DNA of 64,000 nt from Verrucomicrobiia bacterium (GTDB lineage Bacteria > Verrucomicrobiota > Verrucomicrobiia > Limisphaerales > UBA1319). How positions within the stretch are numbered: the stretch's first letter is position 1; each line of letters opens with the position of its first letter. Below, one piece after another: positions 48,029-57,000 of the stretch. The notes under the pieces are model-generated. The model saw only the letters and a program-made list of their open reading frames with translations. It was not told the origin of the DNA and made no database searches. Made by a program: the position numbers and the translations under genes. The stretch lies in NCBI GenBank assembly GCA_963664225.1, contig OY760937.1:4448001-4512000 (forward strand). The letters run 5' to 3'.

Positions 48029-49981
48029 ATGAAAACACCCCATCTGCTGTGCCTGGCCATCGCTGCGGCTGCCGTCAGCGCCTCGGCCACGGAATTTCAT
48101 GTCGCTCCCACAGGCAACGATGCCAGCCGGGGAACCCGGAAAGCTCCCTGGCGCACCATCCAGCACGCCGCCGATCTCGCGCAACCCGGCGATGTCATCA
48201 CCGTGCATGCGGGCGTTTATCGCGAGCGCATCAATCCACCGCGCGGCGGCACGTCCGAGCGCAAGCGCATCGTCTATCAGGCGGCCCCGGGCGAGAAGGT
48301 CGAGATCAAGGGTTCCGAAGTCGTCACGAACTGGACGAAGGTGCAGGAGGATGTCTGGAAGGTGACGCTGCCCAATTCATTTTTTGGAAACTTCAATCCC
48401 TTCAACGACCTGATCCATGGCGACTGGTTTGCGCGCCGTGACCGCGATCATCACACAGGCGCGGTCTATCTGAACGGCGAGTGGTTGATCGAATCGGCGA
48501 CGATGGACGAAGTCCTGAGGCCCCTCGGACCAATCCCGCCCTCGGTGAGCCAGGGAAACGTGGCCGCCATGCCCGATCCACGGCTCTGGTTTGCCAAGGT
48601 GGATGCGAACAACACCACCATCTGGGCGCAGTTCAAGGACGTCGATCCCAACACGCAGTTGACCGAGATCAATGTGCGTCGCACCGTTTTTTATCCCGAT
48701 CAACCCGGCCGGAATTACATCACCGTGCGCGGTTTCATCCTGCGGCAGGCCGCCACACCCTGGGCGCCGCCGACCGCCGAACAGATCGGCTTGATCGGCA
48801 CGCATTGGAGCAGGGGATGGATCATTGAGAACAACGTGGTGAGCCACTCGACGTGCTCAGGCATCTCGCTCGGCAAACACGGCGACGCACATGACAACAC
48901 CTCCGCTGACACCGCTGAGGGATACGTCAAAACCATCGAGCGCGCCCATGCCCATGCCATCGCCTGGACCCCCGTAAACATCGGCCATCACATCGTGCGC
49001 AACAACACCATCTCCCATTGCGAACAGGCCGGCATCGTCGGCAGCCTGGGGGCGATGTTCAGCACCGTCACCGGCAATGACATCTACGACATCCATTATC
49101 GGCGGCTCTTCACCGGCGCGGAAATGGCCGGCATCAAGATTCACGCGGCGATTGACACCCTCATCCAGGGTAACCATATCCATCGCACCTGCCGCGGCCT
49201 CTGGCTCGACTGGATGGCGCAGGGAACGCGCGTCACGGGCAATCTCTTCCATGACAACGCCTATGAAGACCTCTTCGTGGAAGTCAACCACGGGCCGTTC
49301 ATGGTGGATAACAACCTGTTCCTTTCCGGCACGAGCCTTACGGATATGTCCGAGGGCGGCGCCTACGTGCACAACCTGTTCACCGGCGTGATTTCGAGCA
49401 CCCAGGAGGCCGAGCGGCAAACGCCTTACCACCCCGCGCATCAGACTTCCATTGCGGGAATGAGCGACCTCAAGGGCGGCGACAATCGTTTCTATAACAA
49501 CCTTTTTGTCGGCAATGGCAACGGCCCTGGCGAAGTGGTCAAGGGTGACAAGCGCCACTACCGCGTCAATGGCTATGGACTCTGGGTCTATGACACCCGG
49601 GCCTACCCGCTCGAGACCGGCGGCAACGTCTCCCTCCATCACGCCCAGGCCTATGCCAGGGAAACCACCCCGCTCGTGCTCATGGATTACGATCCGCAGG
49701 TCAAACTGGTGGAGCAGGGCGATCAGTTTATTTTGAACCTGACCTCCTGCCCGGAGTTAAAGCAGGCCCGCACGACCGTTGTCACCACCGCATTGCTCGG
49801 CAAAGCCCGGATACCCTACCTGCCTTACGAGAGCGTGACCGGTTCCCGCTTGAAAATCAGCACCGACTACCTCGGCCGGAAACGCAGCACAACGCATCCC
49901 ACCCCCGGCCCCTTCGAGAATCCCGGAACGGAGGCGTTTGCCCCGGTGGTCTGGGGGCCACACGGAGTGGTTGCGCCGTAA
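48029..49981 (+). CDS. Beta-helix glycoside hydrolase, GH120 beta-xylosidase-like
   Basis: EFHVAPTGND...PWRTIQHAA, GVYRE, NSFFGNFNP, GAVYLNG, WAPPTAEQIG, AGIKIH, LWLDWMAQG and FVEVNHGP; signal peptide. Confidence 0.85.
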   Translation: MKTPHLLCLAIAAAAVSASATEFHVAPTGNDASRGTRKAPWRTIQHAADLAQPGDVITVHAGVYRERINPPRGGTSERKRIVYQAAPGEKVEIKGSEVVTNWTKVQEDVWKVTLPNSFFGNFNPFNDLIHGDWFARRDRDHHTGAVYLNGEWLIESATMDEVLRPLGPIPPSVSQGNVAAMPDPRLWFAKVDANNTTIWAQFKDVDPNTQLTEINVRRTVFYPDQPGRNYITVRGFILRQAATPWAPPTAEQIGLIGTHWSRGWIIENNVVSHSTCSGISLGKHGDAHDNTSADTAEGYVKTIERAHAHAIAWTPVNIGHHIVRNNTISHCEQAGIVGSLGAMFSTVTGNDIYDIHYRRLFTGAEMAGIKIHAAIDTLIQGNHIHRTCRGLWLDWMAQGTRVTGNLFHDNAYEDLFVEVNHGPFMVDNNLFLSGTSLTDMSEGGAYVHNLFTGVISSTQEAERQTPYHPAHQTSIAGMSDLKGGDNRFYNNLFVGNGNGPGEVVKGDKRHYRVNGYGLWVYDTRAYPLETGGNVSLHHAQAYARETTPLVLMDYDPQVKLVEQGDQFILNLTSCPELKQARTTVVTTALLGKARIPYLPYESVTGSRLKISTDYLGRKRSTTHPTPGPFENPGTEAFAPVVWGPHGVVAP

Positions 49982-50539
49982 GGTCGTTTGAGAATTCCGA
50001 ATAGGTTCTGCGGTGAGGGGATGTCGTGGCCTGGACTTGCGCTAGCCGGCCCACTCCAGCCCGTGCTGTCGCATTACGGCCCTACGGGTCTTGGAATCGT
50101 TGTTCCCTTTGAATTAATCCCGGCAACTCACGCTTCAGGATATCAATGGGATCAAGGCGGATCGCATTATGCTGCCGGGGTTTCCGTGCTTTGCAAGCGC
50201 CGTGCTGAAGATTCGTGGTAAACGGTGGCGTCTCATTCATCCCTTCCAGTCGCGTGTGGAGAGATGTCGGGATGCAACAATGTTTCAGGGCAAAAAAAAG
50301 TCCCCCAGCCCATCGAAGTTCTGAATGGGCGGGTGCGCCTTCTTGGAACCATGCATTTTCAGGGTTGGCGACCGTTCATCCTTTTGAGCAAAGTTTTTCA
50401 TTGCGGACAGGCGTTGTCGAAGGGAAAAGCGTCAGATTAAAGGATCAGAGCAATAACTCGCAAGTCGATGCTGCGAAGGGAGGAAACGTGGGAAGACCTC
50501 CGATGGTTTGACAGGCAACCCGCCAAGACCGGCTTTCAT

Positions 50540-50860
50540 TTAAAATCGCCACTTTTAACAACACGTTTGCATTGCCAATACAATAAGAAAACATAATGAC
50601 AATATATGCCATACTATTGGCACGATACGTGTAGCGCATCAGAAGGTGAAAAAAGTAGTCTGGCGCGCATGTATATAAATCGCATAAAAGCCTGCTATTA
50701 CTGGCCAATAGCAGCATCATGGCAGCATGACGAGAATGATGATACATACAAAATAAAAGTTTTAAAAAGCAATATAAAATAAAAAATTAAAAAACAAATA
50801 TGTCCCGTTTTGAAGCGTAATATTCCAACAATAAGACACTATAATGTTACAGTTACCATT
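50540..50860 (+). promoter_or_regulatory. AT-rich upstream region of the hydrogenase operon
   Basis: Sharp AT enrichment with A tracts in a GC-rich genome; TATAAT near 50840. Confidence 0.45.
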
Positions 50861-50988
50861 AATCGGTGTCTGGCTGAAGGCTGTCTTTGCTTATGCGTGA
50901 TATTACAAAGTCTGCTTCCAGATGACTCATTTCCGGCTCCTGTGATTGAACAACCGATAACCACCCATAACTCTTCAACACCACTGTT

Positions 50989-51960
50989 ATGAATATAACC
51001 CGACGAAGTTTTCTAAGTTACTGCACCCTGTCCGCAGCGGCGCTTGGCCTGGATGCGCACAAATTGCGTTTCCTTTCAGAGGCCCTGGCCAATCCCAGCG
51101 CGCCAACGGTCATCTGGCTCATTGGGGCCTCCTGCAACGGCTGCTCAGTGTCGTTGCTCAATCGTTTTTCCGACAAGGCCGGCGAGCCTGCGGATGTGGC
51201 GGGAGTGCTGACCGGCGCGATCAACCTGGTTTATCATCCAGTCATCATGGCGGCGGCGGGTGAAACTGCCGTGTCGGCTCTCAAGCAGGCCTATAACCGG
51301 GGCAACTATGTTCTGGTGGTCGAAGGGGCGATACCCACGGCTTTCGGCGGCTACACTTGCGGAGTCTGGAACTACAACGGCCAGGACGTCACAATGCAGC
51401 AGGCGGTCCAGGAATTGACCGCCCGGGCTCTGGCCACCGTATGCGTGGGCACCTGCGCGAGTTTCGGCGGCATTCCGGCCTCAGGTTCGAATCCCACGGC
51501 CGCAATGGGCGTGCATCAATTTACGGGTCGGCCCACCATCAATCTCTCAGGGTGTCCGGTCAATCCCGATTGGATCGTCTGGGCGGTGGTGCAATTGTTG
51601 ACGGGCACCCCGGTCACGCTGGATGCGGATGGCCGTCCCTCCGCGCTTTACACCACGAGCTTCAGCGGGGCCGCCGAAGCTGCCATCATCCATGACAAGT
51701 GTCCCCGCAATCCGGCCAACACCGGCACGCTTGAGGCGGTCAATTTCGGGGAAAACGGCCATTGTTTGAAGGCCCTGGGCTGCCGTGGACCGGCCACCAA
51801 GTCGCGCTGTCAGGCGGCCTGGAATGGAATCGGAGGCCATGTGGCCCCGCAACTGCACCCGGGCCACTGGTGCATTGAGGCCAACGCCCCCTGCCAGGGC
51901 TGCGTTGAAAAGACCTTCCCGGGATCCCAACCGTTCCACGAGCCCTACATCCCGGCCTAA
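50989..51960 (+). CDS. [NiFe]-hydrogenase small subunit, Tat-exported, group 1a-like
   Basis: TRRSFL Tat motif; SCNGC, GTCASFGG, GCP, HDKCPR, CLKALGCRGP and WCIEANAPCQGC; no C-terminal transmembrane helix. Confidence 0.93.
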   Translation: MNITRRSFLSYCTLSAAALGLDAHKLRFLSEALANPSAPTVIWLIGASCNGCSVSLLNRFSDKAGEPADVAGVLTGAINLVYHPVIMAAAGETAVSALKQAYNRGNYVLVVEGAIPTAFGGYTCGVWNYNGQDVTMQQAVQELTARALATVCVGTCASFGGIPASGSNPTAAMGVHQFTGRPTINLSGCPVNPDWIVWAVVQLLTGTPVTLDADGRPSALYTTSFSGAAEAAIIHDKCPRNPANTGTLEAVNFGENGHCLKALGCRGPATKSRCQAAWNGIGGHVAPQLHPGHWCIEANAPCQGCVEKTFPGSQPFHEPYIPA

Positions 51961-52023
51961 ACACCGCCATCGCAAATCAATTCATCCAACACCAACACAT
52001 TTAACCGCAATACAGGAATTACC

Positions 52024-53487
52024 ATGCCAGTCATTACTGCCGCAATAGACCCGATCACCCGCATCGAAGGGCACATGAAGGTCGAGGTCAAAATCGACAC
52101 CATAAACGGCGTTCAACAAGTCGTTGACGCCAGCGCCATCGGAACGCTGTTTCGCGGTTTCGAGAAACTGCTCGAGGGCCGTGCGCCCCGGGACGCCACA
52201 ATCATCACCTCCCGCATCTGTGGAGTGTGCCCCACTTCACACGCCATGGCTTCCGCGCTGGCGCTGGATAGCGCCTATGGTGTCAATGGGGACACACCCA
52301 GCAGAACGGCCTCCCGTTTGCTGAGAAATCTGGTGCATGGCGCATGCTTCCTGGAGTCGCACATCCTGCACTTCTATCTTCTATCGTTGCCGGACTATAT
52401 CTCCGGGGTGCCGATGGCGCCCTGGCTGCCCGGTTGGGAAGTGGGAAAACGATTTGATACCGCGACGGTGAATCGGTTCACAGGCAATTTCCTGGCCGCG
52501 ATCACCGCGCGTCGAAACGCCCATGAAATGGGCGCCATCTATGGCGGCAAACTGCCGCATTCCCCCGCCTATATCGGTGGTGGCGGTTTTACCTCCATTG
52601 CCTCGAACGCCAGCACCACCGCCTTTCAGGCCTATCTGACCGACCTGCTGAACTTCATTCAAACCAAATACATTCCGGATGCGGAGTTGCTGGCCAATCT
52701 CTACAGCGATTATTTTCTGCTGGGCAGGGGCTATGGAAGCCTCATGGCTTATGGCGTGTTCGAACAGGACAACTCCACCAGCCCACAACTGCTCCTGAAA
52801 CGGGGCCGTGTGGTGAACGGTACCTCCACAGTCCAGGCGGTCGATGTCTCACAAATCACGGAGCAACTTCGCTATTCCTGGTATGCCAGTGCCGATAATC
52901 AGAATCCCGCCGTCGAAGACACGGTGGCCCAATACCCGAAAGCCGAGGCCTATTCCTGGCTCAAGGCGCCCCGGTATGGTGGCGCGCCCTATGAAGTGGG
53001 TCCGCTGGCCCGCATGACCGTCAATGGCGATTACACCAACGGCGTTTCCGTGATGGACCGGCATCTGGCCCGGGCTCGTGAGGCGCTCAAGATCGCCCAG
53101 GCCATGCAGGCGTGGCTCAACGCGCTGACATCGGGCCAAAGCGCGTACACGGATGCACCCAAACCGGCGAGTGCCACCGCCATGGGTTTAACCGAGGCGC
53201 CGCGCGGGGCCTTGGGCCACTGGCTCCAGGTATCCAACAGCACGATCTCCAAATATCAGATCGTCACCCCAACCTGCTGGAATGTCTCGCCCAAGGACAG
53301 CTCCAACCAGCATGGGCCTCTGGAGCAGGCACTCATCGGCCTGCCCGTGGTCAACATCGACAAGCCCATCGAGGTATTGCGCGTGGTGCACTCATTCGAC
53401 CCGTGTCTGGACTGTGCGACGCACGTAACCCGGGCGGAGCCGGGCGCCAGGGTGTTCGTTCCAGGTGGATTGCCGGTGAAAAACTGA
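52024..53487 (+). CDS. [NiFe]-hydrogenase large subunit
   Basis: DPITRIEGH, RGFE, L1 RICGVCPTSH, YSWLKAPRY, EAPRGALGHW and L2 DPCLDCATH followed by a 20-aa cleavable tail. Confidence 0.96.
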   Translation: MPVITAAIDPITRIEGHMKVEVKIDTINGVQQVVDASAIGTLFRGFEKLLEGRAPRDATIITSRICGVCPTSHAMASALALDSAYGVNGDTPSRTASRLLRNLVHGACFLESHILHFYLLSLPDYISGVPMAPWLPGWEVGKRFDTATVNRFTGNFLAAITARRNAHEMGAIYGGKLPHSPAYIGGGGFTSIASNASTTAFQAYLTDLLNFIQTKYIPDAELLANLYSDYFLLGRGYGSLMAYGVFEQDNSTSPQLLLKRGRVVNGTSTVQAVDVSQITEQLRYSWYASADNQNPAVEDTVAQYPKAEAYSWLKAPRYGGAPYEVGPLARMTVNGDYTNGVSVMDRHLARAREALKIAQAMQAWLNALTSGQSAYTDAPKPASATAMGLTEAPRGALGHWLQVSNSTISKYQIVTPTCWNVSPKDSSNQHGPLEQALIGLPVVNIDKPIEVLRVVHSFDPCLDCATHVTRAEPGARVFVPGGLPVKN

Positions 53488-53508
53488 TTAATCACCAGGA
53501 ATCACCCT

Positions 53509-54051
53509 ATGAAGCAAGAAATGGCGAATCAGTTCATGCCTCAACACTCCCGAAAGGGGGAGCCGTCTCGTTTCCTGATTGCCGGCGTGGGAAACGAATT
53601 GCTTTGCGACGATGGCGTGGGAATCCATGCGATCCGGGAATTGCAGCGTGAACCCATTCCCGGAGTGACGATGGTGGATTTGGGCACGGCCATCCTCCAC
53701 GGTCTCGGCTTCCTGGAAGCGGCCGACCGGGTGCTGGTCATCGACGCAGCCAAAGGGGGCCAGGCTCCGGGCACCATTTACCTCTTTGAAGCGGGCGTGA
53801 ATACTCAGGCCCAACCCATGACCTCTGTCCATTCAATGGGCCTGCGCGAAGCCGCCGGCTTGTTGATGGCGGGTCAGGCTCCCCCGATGACCGTGCTGGG
53901 CGTTGAACCGGAATCCTTCAAATACTCCATGTCCCTGTCGGATCCGGTGCAGGCGGCCGTGGCACGCGTGGTTTCCCTGGCCCGGGAGACCATCACGGCA
54001 TGGCGACAGGCCGAACGAAATGAAGAAATGGCTGTTCCAGCCGAAGTATAA
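53509..54051 (+). CDS. Hydrogenase maturation protease (HyaD/HybD family)
   Basis: GVGNELLCDDGVG, DLGT, IDAA..G..PGTIY, SVHSMGL and LGVEP. Confidence 0.92.
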   Translation: MKQEMANQFMPQHSRKGEPSRFLIAGVGNELLCDDGVGIHAIRELQREPIPGVTMVDLGTAILHGLGFLEAADRVLVIDAAKGGQAPGTIYLFEAGVNTQAQPMTSVHSMGLREAAGLLMAGQAPPMTVLGVEPESFKYSMSLSDPVQAAVARVVSLARETITAWRQAERNEEMAVPAEV

Positions 54052-54095
54052 AACGAACTAAAAACCACTCCAATCCCTTTAACCCAAGACCTACT

Positions 54096-57000
54096 GTGAA
54101 AAATATTCTGAAACTGATGGGCGCCATATTACTCGGCGCAATACTGACCCAGGGGGTCAGTGCGGCAACGACCGATGGCACTGCCACCCTCAATGTGACG
54201 CTGACGGATCCTGCGGGCAATTACAACCGGCGTGTCGATGCGTTTTGGATCACCGATGGCACGGGCCGATTCATTGTGACCGTGCGCAAAGACGCGGCGT
54301 CTGAGCAGGCCTACCTCTACCAATGGAACACCGCCCGCGGGACATCCACGGTGGTGGATGGCTACAGCGGCGCCACAATCACCACCTGGACGCCGATGTC
54401 CGTGCCTTGGAATGGCCGGGACGCCAACAATGTGCTGGTGCCCGATGGCAACTACCGGTTTTACGCTGAGTTTACCGATCATAACGGACAAGGTTGGTGG
54501 ACCACCAACGGGCTAGCCTTCACCAAAGGCGCCAGCGCCTACACCACCAACTATCCCGCGCTGCAATACCTGACCGCCATGTCCGTCACTTATGCCCCGG
54601 TGGCCGTGGTGCATGACATTGCGGTGACCAGCATGACTCCCAGCACGGCTGTGGCCAACACCACCGTGGCAGTACAGGTTGGAGTGACCAATCGAACCGC
54701 CAATGCGGAAACCTTTAGCGTGATCCTGAGCAACGCCACCAGCGGGGTTGTCGTCGGCACACAGACGGTCACCTCTCTGGCTGGCAACGCGGCCTCCAGC
54801 GTAACCTTCCAATGGAATACCGCCGGTTTGCAGGGCAATTACGCCTTGCGGGCAACGGCGGGTCCTGTGACTGGCGAAACCAGCACTGCGGATAATAGCT
54901 ACACCAACACCGTTGCCGTGCAACCCCTGGTCCACGATATCGCCGTCACCAGCATGGCTCCCAATACGGCCCAGGCGAACACCACTGTTTCGGTTCAAGT
55001 TGGCGTAACGAATAAGACCGCCAATGCGGAGTCTTTTAGCGTGACACTGAGCAACGTCACCACCGCAACCCTCATCGGCACACAGACCGTCGGCGCGTTG
55101 GCGGGAAATGCAACCACAAGCGCCGCATTCGCATGGAATACCGCTGGTTTGCAGGGTAATTACGTTCTGCGTGCGGTGGCCGGGCCCGTGACTGGCGAAA
55201 CGATTACTGCGAACAACAGTTTCACGAACACTGTCGCTGTGCAGTCTGTGGCTCATGATATCGCGGTGACCAGCCTATCGCCCAGCCTGGCGCTTCCAGG
55301 CACAAACGTCACCATCACTGTAGGGGTCACCAACCTCACAATAAACACCGAAACCTTCTCGGTAGTGCTGAGCAATCTCACCTCCGCCTCAAGGATCGGC
55401 ACGCAGCAGATTACCGCTCTGGCCGGCAACAGGACTACCAGTGCAACCTTCCAGTGGAGCACCACCAACCTGTCTGGCAATTATGTCCTGCAGGCCAGCG
55501 CCGGTCCAGTGACCGGGGAAACCGCCACGACTGACAATACGCGCACCAGTACGGTGGCTGTAAGGAGCTTGATTCATGATGTGGCCATCGCCGCCATAAA
55601 CGTCCCGGCCCTGGTTTCACCCAACAGCACGGCCACTATTTCGGTGCTGGCAACCAATGCCGGGGAAACCGCCGAGTCGTTTGGGGTGCAATTATTTGAC
55701 GACACCGACGCACGCGCCATCGGCGGGACCTACCAGGTCAGCAATCTGGCAGTGGCAGCCACCCTGAACGTGCCTTTCACCTGGAGCACCACCAACAGTT
55801 CGCTCGGCGTCCACACCCTGAGGGCCGTGGCCGTCGCGGTCACTGGTGAAACCGCTCTTGCCAACAATACCAAATCCGCAGCCGTGACCGTGCAGACGGT
55901 CAACCATGATGTGGCGATTGCCACAATTCTTGCGCCAACGTTCGTGGCACCCAATGGGACCGCCACAATTTCCGTGGTGGCCACAAACCTCGGCGCGGTG
56001 GCCGAATCCTTTGGTGTTCAACTGCTCGACGACACCGATGCGCGCACCATTGGCGCCACTTACCAAGTCACCAATCTGGCCGTCGCTGCGGCAGTCAATA
56101 TACCCTTCACCTGGAAGGCCACCAACAGTTCCCTCGGCTATCACATGTTGCGCGCCGTGGCCAATCCCGTGTCTGGCGAAACGACCCTGGCCAATAACAC
56201 CAATACCGTCAGGGTTGCGGTCGCGACAGGCTTGGGCACCAACACCTACATCGCCAAAGCCAGTCCCTGGCGCTATAATGACCAGGGACTGGACCTGACA
56301 CAGACCCCGTGGCGCCTACCCGATTATTATGACGCCACCTGGAGCCTGGGTGCCGCGCCATTGGGTTACAGCGCGAACAGCAGCTTAACCAATCTCACCA
56401 CCCGGCTGAGCTGGGGACCGGTCGCGACAAACAAATACCCCACCTATTATCTGCGGCGGGAATTCTATGCGGACGTTTTGCCCGCTGCGATGACCCTTAA
56501 CATGCGATGCGTGGACGGAGCCATCCTCTACCTCAACGGTGTTGAGCTGACCCGTCAAAATATCGCCTGGTCCATGGGCTATTCGGACCTTGCGGATGCG
56601 CCGGTGACGGGAACAAACCGTTATACTTACGTCTCGACGAGCCTGGTTCCCACCAATGTGGTTCTGGGCCGAAACGTCCTGGCGGTGGAATTGCATCGGG
56701 CGGACCTGACGGGTTCAGGCCTGGCGTTTGACCTCGAAATGATTGGAACCGCGCCTCAAGCCACTGCCAAACACCTGGTGGACACGATTAGCATGACCAC
56801 CTCCGGGAGCGCGATTCTGGGCGACCAACTGCCGGTATCGGTCACCGTGACCAACCGTGGAAATGTCACAGAGTCCGTGCAAGTGTTTCTCAAGAACAAT
56901 ACGACAGGCCAGATTATTGGTTCTCAAACCATTACCAGCCTGGTTCCGGGAGGCACCACTTCGATCAATTTCGACTGGGGCACTCTGGGGGCCAATAATG

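Noticed and set aside
53398..53424. Possible [NiFeSe] hydrogenase
   Set aside because: The L2 ligand codon is TGT, not TGA
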